64,000 bases of DNA from an uncultured delta proteobacterium (GTDB taxonomy: Bacteria > Myxococcota_A > Polyangia > Polyangiales > Polyangiaceae): NCBI GenBank assembly GCA_963806225.1, contig CAWDXG010000004.1, forward strand, positions 3,200,001 through 3,264,000, read 5' to 3'. Position numbers and translations under genes: made by a program. The notes below the pieces were generated by a model. It was given only the letters and a program-made list of their open reading frames with translations. It did no database searches and was not told where the DNA came from. Positions 10,528 to 22,287 of the stretch are shown here, one piece after another; position 1 is the first letter of the stretch, and every line of letters starts with the position of its first letter.

Positions 10528-13029
10528 ATGCGCGTTTCGTATCGATGGCTATGCGAGCTCCTGCCGGCGCTTTCCGCAACGCCGGCAGAGGTCGCTGAAC
10601 GATTGACCACAGCGGGGCTCGAGGTCGAGGCCGTACAGGCCTTCGGGGCCGGGCTCGAGCGCGTGCTGGTGGCAGCGGTGCGCGAGGTCGAGCAGCATCC
10701 GGAGCGTTCCGGGCTGCGGCTCGTGACGGTGGACCGCGGCGGCCAGCAGCAGCGCGTCGTGTGCGGCGCGCCCAACGTCCCCGGACCGGGCGGACTGGTC
10801 GTGCTGGCTCCGGTGGGCACGACGCTGCCTGCGGTCGGGGTCACGCTCACGCCGCGCGACATCGGCGGAGTGGTGAGCGAAGGCATGCTGTGCAGCGAAG
10901 CCGAGCTCGGCCTGGGCGACGGCGCCGACGGCATCCTGGTGCTGCCCGAGGGCACAGCCGAACCGGGCACGCCGCTGCCCGACGCGCTGCCCGGCGCACA
11001 GGACACGCTCTTCGAGCTCGGCGTGACGCCCAATCGCCCCGACGCGCTCGGCCATGTCGGCGTCGCGCGCGAGCTCGGCATGCTGTTCGGGCTCGACTTC
11101 ACGCCCCCGGAGCCCGCCGCTCCCGCGCGCACGGCGGAGGCCGAGCTGGGCTCGCTGATCTCCGTGGACAACGAGGACACGGAGCGCTGCCCGCACTACG
11201 GCGCGGGCGTCGTGCTCGACGTGCAGATCGCGCCGTCGCCGCTCTGGCTCAGATGGCGGCTCTACAGCCTGGGGGTGCGCCCGATCTCGAACGTCGTGGA
11301 CATCACCAACCTGATCCTGCTCGAGTACGGGCAGCCGATGCATGCGTTCGATCTGGATCGCGTGCGGCAGAGCCGTATCGTCGTCCGGCGCGCCCGGGCG
11401 GGCGAACCTTTCACCACGCTGGACGGCGTCGCACGCAAGCTGGTGGAGGATGACCTGGTCATCTGCGACGGCGAGGGCCCGAGCGCACTGGCCGGCGTGA
11501 TGGGCGGCGAGGACAGCGAGATCCGCGACGAGACGCGGCGCGTGCTGCTGGAGTGCGCGTACTTCACGCCGCGCGGCATCCGACGCACGTCGCGTCGCCA
11601 CGCGCTGCATACCGAATCGAGCTTCCGCTTCGAGCGCGGCGTCGACTGGGGCGCCGTACCGCGCGTGCTGGAACACGCCAAATCCCTGCTCACCGAGCTC
11701 TGCTCGGGCGCCGCCGTGCCCGGAGCGCTGCACGCGAAGGGGCCGGCGCCGGCCATCCCGCAGGCGACGCTCCGCTCCGGGCGGCTCGATGCCCTCGTGG
11801 GCAAGCCGATCGATTTCGACGAGGCCCTCGGCATCCTCCGCCGCCTCGGGTTCGGGGTCGGAAGCGTGCAGGGACAAGGAGCAGCCGCTTCGGCGGACGT
11901 GGTCGGCGCGTCGTGGCGTCCCGACATCTCGCGCGAGGTCGACCTGATCGAGGAGGTCGCGCGCGTGCACGGGCTCGATCGCATCCCGACGGTGCTGCCG
12001 GCAATCGCGCCGCAGACGCCACGCAGCTCGGGCCGTCTGGAGCGGGACATCTCCGCCCACGCGGTCAGCCTCGGGCTGTCCGAAGCCATCACCTTCGCGT
12101 TCGTATCGCCGCGCGAGCTCGAGGCCGTGCACGCGCCGCCGCCGGTGGTCCGGCTCTCCTATCCGCTGACCGAGGAACGCAGCGTGATGCGCACCAGCCT
12201 CCTGCCTGGCCTGCTCGAGGCGCTCGGGCGGGCGCGCCGTCGCGGCCAGCCCGACGCGCGGCTGTTCGCGGTCGGCGCGCGCTTCCTGCCGCCGAGCGAT
12301 GCGCCGCGGAGCGCCGCCGCCGAAGCCGCACGGCCGAAGCTCGAGGGTGACGCGCGGGAGCTACCGGAGGAGCGCCCGTCGTTCGCCGCGCTGCTCGCCG
12401 GCACCCGCCCGGCGTACCTGACAGCGCACCCCGACGAGTACGACGTGTACGACGCCAAGGGTCTGGCGCTCGAGCTCGTCGAGCGCATGACCAGGCAGAG
12501 CGCCAGCGTGGAGCACTCCGTCGGCGAGCATGCTCTGCACCTGCACCCGCGCGGCGCGGCTGTGCTCCGCGTCGGCGGCACGACGGTCGGCGTGCTCGGG
12601 CCGCTGCATCCCGACGTGGTCGACGCGCTCGATCTGGGCGGCGGGGCGCAGATCGTCGAGCTCGATCTCGCCGCGCTGGAAGCCGTCGGGCGCGCGGTGC
12701 CGCGCTTCGCGCCGATCCCGCGACTGCCCGCCGTCAGCCGCGACCTGGCACTCGTGGTGCACGACGACGTACCGGCCGGTCGCGTCGAGGCACTGATCCG
12801 CGGGGCTGCGGGCGGGCTGTGCGAGTCGGTCGAGCTGTTCGACCTGTTCCGCGGCGGCTCCGTCCCCGAGCAACACCGCTCCCTCGCCTTCCATGTGGTC
12901 TACCGCGATCCCGGAGCGGCGACCGACCCGGACCATGCGCGCACGCTGACCGACAAGGAGGTCGACGCGCGCCAGGCCGAGGTGATCCGGGCAGCCGAGA
13001 AAGAGCTCGGCGCGTCGCTCAGGAGCTGA
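10528..13029 (+). CDS. pheT: Phenylalanine--tRNA ligase beta subunit
   Basis: VVCGAPNV, SEGMLCS, TPNRPDALG, SFRFERGVD, VSRDLA. Confidence 0.97.
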   Translation: MRVSYRWLCELLPALSATPAEVAERLTTAGLEVEAVQAFGAGLERVLVAAVREVEQHPERSGLRLVTVDRGGQQQRVVCGAPNVPGPGGLVVLAPVGTTLPAVGVTLTPRDIGGVVSEGMLCSEAELGLGDGADGILVLPEGTAEPGTPLPDALPGAQDTLFELGVTPNRPDALGHVGVARELGMLFGLDFTPPEPAAPARTAEAELGSLISVDNEDTERCPHYGAGVVLDVQIAPSPLWLRWRLYSLGVRPISNVVDITNLILLEYGQPMHAFDLDRVRQSRIVVRRARAGEPFTTLDGVARKLVEDDLVICDGEGPSALAGVMGGEDSEIRDETRRVLLECAYFTPRGIRRTSRRHALHTESSFRFERGVDWGAVPRVLEHAKSLLTELCSGAAVPGALHAKGPAPAIPQATLRSGRLDALVGKPIDFDEALGILRRLGFGVGSVQGQGAAASADVVGASWRPDISREVDLIEEVARVHGLDRIPTVLPAIAPQTPRSSGRLERDISAHAVSLGLSEAITFAFVSPRELEAVHAPPPVVRLSYPLTEERSVMRTSLLPGLLEALGRARRRGQPDARLFAVGARFLPPSDAPRSAAAEAARPKLEGDARELPEERPSFAALLAGTRPAYLTAHPDEYDVYDAKGLALELVERMTRQSASVEHSVGEHALHLHPRGAAVLRVGGTTVGVLGPLHPDVVDALDLGGGAQIVELDLAALEAVGRAVPRFAPIPRLPAVSRDLALVVHDDVPAGRVEALIRGAAGGLCESVELFDLFRGGSVPEQHRSLAFHVVYRDPGAATDPDHARTLTDKEVDARQAEVIRAAEKELGASLRS

Positions 13030-13031
13030 CG

Positions 13032-14037
13032 ATGCGGCGCGCGGCATACCGGCTGCTCGCGCCAGCGGTGCTGGTCACAGCGCTCGCGTCACCAGCGCTG
13101 GCAGCCCCGGCGAAGCCCGCGCCGCAGGCGCAGGGCAAGCCCGAAGCCGACAAGAAGCCCGAGGCCGACAAGAAGCCCGAGGCCGACAAGAAGCCCGCAG
13201 AGAAGGCCGCAGAGCCCGGAGCCGGAGCAAAGCCCGGCGCGGAAGAGAAGAGCACCGCCAAGGCGACCCAGGGCGGCACGCCGGCGGAAGAGGCCGAAGA
13301 CAAGAACAAGCCGCCGCCTCCCCCGCCTCCGCCCGCCTCCCCCGCCTCCCCCGCCTCCCCCGCCTCCCCCGCGCGCCGACGAGCAGGAGCCGCACGCCTA
13401 CCTGAAGGTGCCGCCCCCCGACAAGCCGTCGCGCCAGGTCGAGCTCGGCCCGCACTTCGGCGTGGAATACCTACCCGCCGACGGCAACGCGGCCAGCTAC
13501 GACGCCGGGTTCGCGTGGGGCGCACACGCTCGCGTCCTGATCGCGCCGTGGATGGGTTTCCGGCTCTCCTTCACGAACAGCTCGCAGGCGGTCAGCGTGC
13601 GCGATGGGGGGCTCGGCCTGACCGCGGGAACGCGCATCGATCAGCCGGCTCTCTCCGTGCTGCTGCTGCGCGCCCGTCTCGAGCCCACCTGGGTACTAGG
13701 CCCGCGGCTGAGACTCTGGGCAGGCGTAGGCGCAGGCTGGGGGCGCATCTCCGCGCCCTCGCTGACGACGACCGGCACGCAGGCGGACCTGCACAGCCCG
13801 GGACGCAAGGGCGTGATGCTCGAGTTCAGCGGCGCGCTCGGCGCGAGCGTCGACGTGATTCCGGATTGGCTCGCCGCGTCGCTGATGCTGTCGGCCGGCG
13901 CCGTGACGAACCAGAGCGGCGAGGTCTTCAGCCCGTCACAGGCCTTCACCGCCGACGGGCACCGCATCAAGATCGACGGCCTGCCCCACTTCGGCAGCTC
14001 GCTGTCGGCACTGCTCGGCGTCGGCGTGCTGCTCTGA
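13032..14037 (+). CDS. Secreted/outer-membrane beta-barrel-like protein, frameshifted in a poly-Pro tract
   Basis: Signal peptide, KPEADK x3, poly-Pro; reading continues in the +1 frame (...ADEQEPHAYLKVPPP...) into amphipathic beta strands ending LGVGVLL. Confidence 0.65.
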
Positions 14038-14049
14038 TCCGCACGATAC

Positions 14050-14087
14050 TGTAGCGTTTTGCCACAAACATGTAGCAAAACGCTACA
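14050..14087. terminator. Hairpin between convergent genes (probable pckA terminator)
   Basis: TGTAGCGTTTTGC...GCAAAACGCTACA perfect 13-bp stem, extendable to 17 bp with a G-U pair on the minus strand. Confidence 0.7.
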
Positions 14088-14089
14088 TT

Positions 14090-15685
<1,596 letters not shown>

Positions 15686-15973
15686 TTCAATCCTCCAGCT
15701 GGCTGGGCCAGCACATAACATGCCGGAGCGAGCAGGCTCCGGAGAAACCTGGCACAAACTGCGCGTACGCTCAGTGCGCCCCGGCGGGACCGCAGGTGCG
15801 GTAGCCCTTCATCTGGCGCAGCTCTTCCTACTTCCGGGCGCGCGCTCGCGCAAGGCAGCCCGAGGCCCGATCGGCCGATCCGGCCCCACCGGTTGATAGG
15901 CGTCACCCGCCTGCTCGCGACTGGCGCACCGGGCGGGCTTCGACGAAACCTGGTACAAGCCCCAACGCGCACG

Positions 15974-16294
15974 ATGGCGGGAAGTCCCGGCAGATCGTCA
16001 GCCCTGCTCCTGGTGCTGCTCCTTTTCGCGCCGAGCGCTTGCTCGCGCAAGGCTCCGGGCCCGCACGAGTGCTACCAGTTCGCGCTACGCGTCATGGGCG
16101 TGGATAACCCGCGGATGCTGCGCTCGCCGCGTCTCCAGGCCACGGTGGACCAGCTGACCAATCGCTGTCTGACCACGCCTTTCGATCGCAAGCTCCTCGC
16201 GTGTGTGAACCAGCTCGGCGAAGTCCAGCGCTGCTTCTCGGCGTTCCAGGCCCGCCACGCCGAGCCCCGGTTGCCCGGGGCCCAGGGCATGTAG
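15974..16294 (+). CDS. Small Cys-containing lipoprotein
   Basis: Hydrophobic stretch then SAC lipobox; four further Cys. Confidence 0.6.
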   Translation: MAGSPGRSSALLLVLLLFAPSACSRKAPGPHECYQFALRVMGVDNPRMLRSPRLQATVDQLTNRCLTTPFDRKLLACVNQLGEVQRCFSAFQARHAEPRLPGAQGM

Positions 16295-16358
16295 CCAGCA
16301 TGTCCGCCCGGGCGGCGCCACGCTGGGCCCCGGGCGCGAGTCCGGTTACGTTCGGGGG

Positions 16359-16721
16359 ATGCAGCCGCCGTACGGAGCTTCTCCGCCACCTCCGGCCCCG
16401 CAGCAGCAGTTCACGCCGCCGCCGGTCGGCAGCTACGGCGGCACGCCGGCCCCACCCCAGGCGTCGGGCGAAGCAGTGGCCGCGCTGGTGTGCGGGATCG
16501 GCGGGTGGTTCTGCTTCCCACTGGGATTCGCAGCTGTCTGGCTCGGGGCGCGCGCCAGACGTGCCGCCCGCGAGAACCCGGGACGCGTCGGAGGCGAGCA
16601 GATGGCGCTGGCGGGCATGATCATCGGCGGAGTGCTGGGCGGCCTGCAGCTGCTCCTGGTGCTCGTTTATGTAGTCATGATCGTCTTCGCGATCGGTTTT
16701 GCCGCAACCGCCAGTCCTTGA
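16359..16721 (+). CDS. DUF4190-like membrane protein
   Basis: Pro-rich N-terminus, AVAALVCGI...GEQMALAGMIIG. Confidence 0.75.
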   Translation: MQPPYGASPPPPAPQQQFTPPPVGSYGGTPAPPQASGEAVAALVCGIGGWFCFPLGFAAVWLGARARRAARENPGRVGGEQMALAGMIIGGVLGGLQLLLVLVYVVMIVFAIGFAATASP

Positions 16722-16814
16722 CCCGGTTTGTGCTTGGCATCGGTCGATCGATGACCGACACTGCGAACTGCTCCGAGAGGAAGTCACCGGCATCTTTTTG
16801 CAGGGGATAGGATC

Positions 16815-17342
16815 ATGTCGAAGCGACTGATGGTAGGCACGCTGACCGTTGGGCTGGGAATCGCCCTCGCGACGGCGTGTAGTTCGAGCGAGAACAACGG
16901 GGGCGGAAGCTCGGGCGGCAGCGGCGGCAGCGCCACCGGTGGAACCGGCGCCGGCGGAAGCGGCGGCAGCGCCACCGGCGGAAGCGGCGGCGGCACGGAC
17001 GGCGGGCAGATCGACGGCTCGGGCGGCACTACCCCTTATGCGGATGCGAACCTCGACGCCCCCTACCAGCTGCCCGACGGCGGCTGCGGGCAGATCTTCT
17101 GCCCGCCGGCGGTGGCAGCGGGTTGCAAGAACGGCTTCCAGTCGCTGAACGACTGCGCGAGCTTCTGTACGCAGGTTGCGCAGTCGACGTGCAACTCCGA
17201 TTGGGAAGCGCTGCTGACCTGCGCGGGTGCGAATCCGGATATCCAGTGCGACTCGACCGGGCAGATCTCGATCACCGGCTGCGACAGCCAGGCGCAGAAG
17301 TTCGGCACGTGCTTCAGCGCGCTGAGCGACGGCGGCAGCTGA
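16815..17342 (+). CDS. Gly/Ser-linker Cys-rich lipoprotein
   Basis: LATAC lipobox, GGSGG linker, Cys-rich domain. Confidence 0.75.
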   Translation: MSKRLMVGTLTVGLGIALATACSSSENNGGGSSGGSGGSATGGTGAGGSGGSATGGSGGGTDGGQIDGSGGTTPYADANLDAPYQLPDGGCGQIFCPPAVAAGCKNGFQSLNDCASFCTQVAQSTCNSDWEALLTCAGANPDIQCDSTGQISITGCDSQAQKFGTCFSALSDGGS

Positions 17343-17434
17343 AGAGCGCGACAAGAACCGCCCGGGAAATGGCCTCGTACGCGCGGGGCCAGGCGCTGGC
17401 TTGACCCGATCGACATCGGAGTCGAATACTTGGG

Positions 17435-18496
17435 GTGACACCCTTGAGTAGCCCGGAGCCATTTCTGGAGCCGTCTGACGGCGTGACTCCTCCCGAACGC
17501 GACATCGTCGATCGCCTGGAGGGGCGCGACGAACGCGTACACATCTCGATTGGCGCGGTCTGCAACAACAACTGCATCTTCTGCATGGAGGAAGACCGCG
17601 ACGCGCGCTACGTGAACAACTCGGCGATGACGCCCGAGCGCGTCCGTTGGGTGCTGGAGCGGCACCAGGGGTCCGAGGAGGTCTGCTTCACGTCCGGCGA
17701 GCCGACAACCCGGCCCGAGCTGCCGGACTTCCTGAGCTGGGCGCGGGAGCTCGGCTACCCGCGCATCAGCATGATGACGAACGGACGGCGCATCGGGCAT
17801 TTCCCCTATGCCGTCGCCCTGGCCAAGCGGGGCCTGAACAAGGTCTACGTCTCCATCCACGGGCACACGGCGAAGCTGCACGAGGGGCTGACCCGCACGC
17901 CCGGTTCCTTCGAACAGACTGTCGCGGGGCTCGACAGCGCCACGCGGCTGAAGCCGTACGGCGTGGAGCTCCACACGTCGACGGTGGTTACGAAGCGCAA
18001 CCTACCGCACCTGCTCGACATCTATCGCTTCCTGCGTTCGCACGGCGTCGATCAGGTCGTGTTCAACGTGATGCAGGCGAACGGCCGCGCCAACACGTAC
18101 TTCGAGCAGCTCTTCCCGACCTACACCGAGATCGCGGAAATGTTCCGCCGCTTCGTTGCGGACGTGGCCGAGCCCGAGCCGATGGCGTTCCTGGTCGACA
18201 TCCCGCTGTGCACCACCGAGGGTATCCCCGACTTCAACCGCGGCTACGTCGAGAAGTACCGCCACTTCGATCTGGAAAGCCAGGTCGACCTGCCGGTGCG
18301 CCACGAACAGGAGCGTAAGGGCGACGGGGCCGGTGAAGGGCTCTTGATGGTGTTGCGGTCGGACCTCGACGACGTCCAGCGTGACAAGCGCGAGGACTGC
18401 GCGCGCTGCAGATACTTCGTGCAGTGCGAGGGAGTCTGGCGGAACTACCTTTCGCGCTACGGCTGGGACGAATTCGTCCCGGTGCCGGACAAGTAG
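17435..18496 (+). CDS. Radical SAM protein, HxsC-like
   Basis: CNNNCIFC, TSGEPT, DIPLC...CARCRYFVQCEGV..YLSRYGWDEFVP. Confidence 0.9.
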   Translation: MTPLSSPEPFLEPSDGVTPPERDIVDRLEGRDERVHISIGAVCNNNCIFCMEEDRDARYVNNSAMTPERVRWVLERHQGSEEVCFTSGEPTTRPELPDFLSWARELGYPRISMMTNGRRIGHFPYAVALAKRGLNKVYVSIHGHTAKLHEGLTRTPGSFEQTVAGLDSATRLKPYGVELHTSTVVTKRNLPHLLDIYRFLRSHGVDQVVFNVMQANGRANTYFEQLFPTYTEIAEMFRRFVADVAEPEPMAFLVDIPLCTTEGIPDFNRGYVEKYRHFDLESQVDLPVRHEQERKGDGAGEGLLMVLRSDLDDVQRDKREDCARCRYFVQCEGVWRNYLSRYGWDEFVPVPDK

Positions 18497-18500
18497 CCCC

Positions 18501-20450
18501 TCAGCTGTCTCGCGCGCTGCGGCGCAACCGCACTAGATCCGGGCGCGGCATGTGGCCCTCGTGCGGCGCGACGGCCCGACCGGGACCGACCGGCAACGCG
18601 CCCGCTAGCTCGTCGCCGTCGACGGCGAAAGGCTGGATCTCGTCGTCCCCGAAACAGGCGACGTAGTCGCGACGCACGCCGATGCAGTACGGATCGAAGC
18701 TGCAGTCGCGGCAGCGGGGCGCCTTTTGGAACTGGCTGCCGTGATCCCCGCTCCGGTAGATATTGGAGAGATTGTCGCGGTAGTACGCGAGATTGCCGTC
18801 CAGCATGCACGGCGGGTAGCCGCCCTGGCCTATCATGCCGCCGAAGCCGATGTTCGTCTCGAGACAGAAGTCGAGCGCCTCGCGCATGAACGGCTTGATC
18901 TCGGTAAAGGTGGGAATCACCCAGGAATAGACGAGATCGCTGATGCCCTGCGCGATCGCGAAGCAGATGCTCAGGTGGCCGGCTCCCTCCGGGAACACCT
19001 CGCGCAGGAAGCGTACCGTCGCCGGGAGCTCGCGATAGTTGTTCTTGGTGATGACGTGCGCGATCTGGGTCGTGACGCCGAGCGTGCGGAGGTTTCCCAG
19101 GCCCTGCACGGTCTTCGGGAACGCCCCCGGGAGCTTGGTGATCTCGTCCGAGTGCGACGCTTCGACGCTGTGCAAGGACACCGTCGCCTTGTTCAGGCCC
19201 GCGTCGACGAGCGATCTCCCGTAGTCGAGGTTCTCGAGCTTCACACCGTTGGTCTGGATCTCCACCGTGCGGAAGCCGAGACCGCGCGCGTAGGCGATCA
19301 AGCGCGGCAGCTCGGGGTGCAGCGTCGGCTCCCCGCCCGAAAGGACCAGATGGTCGGTCTGCTGCTCGGCGAAGCGCGAGATCTCGCGCTCCAGCTCGCC
19401 GGGGTCGTAGTCGGGAACGGTGCGGTCGACGAAACAGAACGAGCAGGCCATCTGGCAATGGCCGTTGACCCTGAGCAGGGAGCGACCGCGATCCCCGGCA
19501 TCGTTGTCGAAGGCGGAGACGTTCTTGTAGTCGTGCTCTTCAAGGCTGTTGATCCGCTTCAGCCGCCAGGCCATCGAGCGGTCGATCGACACCGGCGAGA
19601 ATTCCTGCTGTCCGAAATACCCGACATAAGAGCGTTCGATTCCGCCGCAGGCCTTCTCGAGCGAGCACGTGGCGCAGGCGTCGACGCGCGTCAGGCCTGC
19701 GCGCTCGCGCCCCAGCCGCCGGATGCGCTGGTGGAACACGCTGGCGAATGCGTCCAGCTCCGACGTGGCACACGGCGCGACGCCCACCCCTCCGGCAAAG
19801 CCATATTCGAGTCCGGAGCGGCGACAGAGTTCGAAGACCCTGGAAGCGATCTCCGCCGCTTCCCGGAAACGCAACAGCGCCGGGCGCAGACCCGGAGCGA
19901 CGTCGCCTATCGACGGCAGGGCCAGCAGGACGCCGTTGGGCTTGGCATGCTCGACGGCTGACTGGATCAGCCGCACGGCGTCGCGGGCGTTCGTGCGGAT
20001 CAAGGGCAGCAGGATGTAGACGCGGAGGCCGCTCCGCGCGGCGTGCCGGAGCCCGAGCATTGCGGGCTCGAATCCGCCCGGATCGCGCAGGACCGCCTCG
20101 TGCGTTCGCGGGCGCGCGCCCCCCACCGCGAGCACGACCTGCTCGATCCCCACGTTCCGGAGGCGCTCGACGCTCGCCGGATCGGCCAGAGCGCGCGCCT
20201 CGCACAGGATGCTGGGCGCCGGCAGGCCGCGCTCCAGCGCGTGCTCGACGATTCGATGGAAATCCGGGTGGTCCTGCGGGTTGCCTCCGGCGAGCACGAG
20301 GCGTTGGCAGGTGCCGGCGTCGATCGCATCGAGCACCTGGAGCACCTGGTCGAGCAGCGCGGGGCGGCCGCTCTCGCGCACGCCGGATCGCTCGAAGCGA
20401 CGCTCGAGAGGATCGCCGTGGAACAGCTCGATCCGCTCCTCGTAGCTCAC
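18501..20450 (-). CDS. Tandem radical SAM protein (N-domain lacks the Cys triad; C-domain intact)
   Basis: N-domain GGNPQDHP with CATC-x5-CGG tail; C-domain CQMACSFC, SGGEPT, CRDC-x5-CIG. Confidence 0.88.
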   Translation of the reverse strand: MSYEERIELFHGDPLERRFERSGVRESGRPALLDQVLQVLDAIDAGTCQRLVLAGGNPQDHPDFHRIVEHALERGLPAPSILCEARALADPASVERLRNVGIEQVVLAVGGARPRTHEAVLRDPGGFEPAMLGLRHAARSGLRVYILLPLIRTNARDAVRLIQSAVEHAKPNGVLLALPSIGDVAPGLRPALLRFREAAEIASRVFELCRRSGLEYGFAGGVGVAPCATSELDAFASVFHQRIRRLGRERAGLTRVDACATCSLEKACGGIERSYVGYFGQQEFSPVSIDRSMAWRLKRINSLEEHDYKNVSAFDNDAGDRGRSLLRVNGHCQMACSFCFVDRTVPDYDPGELEREISRFAEQQTDHLVLSGGEPTLHPELPRLIAYARGLGFRTVEIQTNGVKLENLDYGRSLVDAGLNKATVSLHSVEASHSDEITKLPGAFPKTVQGLGNLRTLGVTTQIAHVITKNNYRELPATVRFLREVFPEGAGHLSICFAIAQGISDLVYSWVIPTFTEIKPFMREALDFCLETNIGFGGMIGQGGYPPCMLDGNLAYYRDNLSNIYRSGDHGSQFQKAPRCRDCSFDPYCIGVRRDYVACFGDDEIQPFAVDGDELAGALPVGPGRAVAPHEGHMPRPDLVRLRRSARDS

Positions 20451-20472
20451 CTATCAAGTGTGACGGCGGCCG

Positions 20473-22263
20473 CTACGGACTGTCAACGGGAGGCGCCTCG
20501 CCCGCGCTGAAGTCGGCGATCACGCCGAGCGCCGGATCGGTGCGCTCCAGCGTCGCCCACTCCCGCCGCCCACGAAAGAAGCGGATTGCCGTGTCGTCCA
20601 GGACCAGACCGTCCGCGGCCGCCGCCATCCGCGCCAGACGCCGGAAGCCGGCTGGTGCATCCCGCGCCACCTCCACGCCGCGGTATTCGAGCTGGCCTGT
20701 CTGGCGACTGCCGTCGAAGACGAGCAGCTGCTGGTGGCTGAAATACAGAACAGGACGCGACAGCATGCGCTGCAGATCCGCTCGGGCTCCGGGGTGCGCC
20801 TGTTCCAGCTCGGCGAGGGCGGCGCGCGCGTAGCCGAGCGCCCGGTCACAGTCATAACGGCACGGGAAGAACGGAACGAGCATCACGAAGAAGTTGTCGA
20901 GCTCCCACGGCCAGCGGCCGGGCGGCGTTCTCGCCGCGGTCGCATAGCGGTTCCTGCTGTTGTTGCTGCGATCGGCCAGCTCCGAGAAGGCTTCCACACA
21001 GCACGCGGGATAACCCATCAGCTCGCCGAGCTCGCGGGCGGCGGCGGACGGATCCGTTCCGGCTTGCAGCTCCGCTGCCCGGCGGGCGAGCGCGGCGTCC
21101 CGCGAGATGTACAGCTCCACACGCGGCTCACCCAGGTCGCGTCGATCGACCCAGGTGTCGTGGACGTCGGACGCGACGCGGCGTTCCCGCACCTCGACGT
21201 GCGCATCGTTGAACCAGCGTCGGGTGCGCTGGACCTCGGACGGGTCGAGTGTGAGGAAGACGACCGGCTTGAGCCCGGCGCGGAAGGACCACAGTTCGAA
21301 CGGTTCCTGCAGCCGCGGCACCTCCAGCATCCCGGCGTCGGGCCCTGCCTCGAGCGGGCCACGGAGGCCCAGCGGGGCGAGCGGATCGTCCGGGTACCGC
21401 CTTTCCCGAGCTGCAGCCTGGTGGAAACGGCGCGCTCCGATCGGGAGCGGATGGGGAAGGAGGGCCAGCGTGCGGCGCGAAAGCGCGAGCACCGCGCTCG
21501 CGTCGGCCAACGTGTCGCCACCGTGCCGGTCGGGGTCGAGGAGCTGCGCCAGGGCGCGTTCGCTGCCGCCTGCGCTATGGACCCGCCGGACGGCGCTCCG
21601 CCCCGCGTGAAGCTCACGGATCTCCTCGTCCGGTTGCCAGCGCCACGTCGCACTGAAGCCGTCGCCGGTCGCGCGCGCGTCGAGCCGCTGCCCGGACGTC
21701 CGGGCACGGAGCTCGATGCGAACGCCACTCGCTGCCTCGAAGTCCGCCTGGAGAGCGCCTTCGCCCTGCAGGCGCACCGAGCGCGGCTCCGCGCCCGGAA
21801 ACAGACGCCTCAAGAGGGCGAGAGCGTGCACGACGACTTCTTCGAGATCGCCGCCCGGCGCTTCGGGGAGCCCCTCGACGAGCAGCTCGACGTTCGAGAC
21901 GCCGCGGGCGATGACCTGTTCGAACCAGCGCCGGCCCAACGTGACCCAACCGTGCGCCACCTGGACCCCGGAGCGCGCCGGTAGCTGCCCGCCGGCCCAC
22001 AGCGGCAGCGGCGCCTCGACGAGTCCCCGACGCCCGGCCGCTGCGACTTCCAGTGCGGCTTCCAGCGCTGCGCGGGGCGGCAGCGCGATCACGACCCGCG
22101 CATCGGGATGGCGGACCAGCGCCGCCGCGACGCGCTCGCGCGTCGCGGGGCTGACCGTCGCGGCCAGCGTCGTGCGCGGGCTCCGCTCGACGAGCGCGCG
22201 GAAGGCCGTCGCCCGCTCGCCGTCGCCGACGATCAGAACTTGAACGGGCTCGGACTCACCCAT
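20473..22263 (-). CDS. Degenerate Gfo/Idh/MocA-like domain fused to a Cys-motif (DUF483-like) domain
   Basis: VLIVGDG, VEAPL in place of EKP; C-terminal LMGYPACC...FFPCRYDC. Confidence 0.6.
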   Translation of the reverse strand: MGESEPVQVLIVGDGERATAFRALVERSPRTTLAATVSPATRERVAAALVRHPDARVVIALPPRAALEAALEVAAAGRRGLVEAPLPLWAGGQLPARSGVQVAHGWVTLGRRWFEQVIARGVSNVELLVEGLPEAPGGDLEEVVVHALALLRRLFPGAEPRSVRLQGEGALQADFEAASGVRIELRARTSGQRLDARATGDGFSATWRWQPDEEIRELHAGRSAVRRVHSAGGSERALAQLLDPDRHGGDTLADASAVLALSRRTLALLPHPLPIGARRFHQAAARERRYPDDPLAPLGLRGPLEAGPDAGMLEVPRLQEPFELWSFRAGLKPVVFLTLDPSEVQRTRRWFNDAHVEVRERRVASDVHDTWVDRRDLGEPRVELYISRDAALARRAAELQAGTDPSAAARELGELMGYPACCVEAFSELADRSNNSRNRYATAARTPPGRWPWELDNFFVMLVPFFPCRYDCDRALGYARAALAELEQAHPGARADLQRMLSRPVLYFSHQQLLVFDGSRQTGQLEYRGVEVARDAPAGFRRLARMAAAADGLVLDDTAIRFFRGRREWATLERTDPALGVIADFSAGEAPPVDSP

Positions 22264-22287
22264 GGCAGACCCAGCGCGCCGGCGACC

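Noticed and set aside
16815..17342. Second precursor peptide for the rSAM cluster
   Set aside because: The lipobox and Gly linker match generic myxobacterial lipoproteins; no His-Xaa-Ser motif
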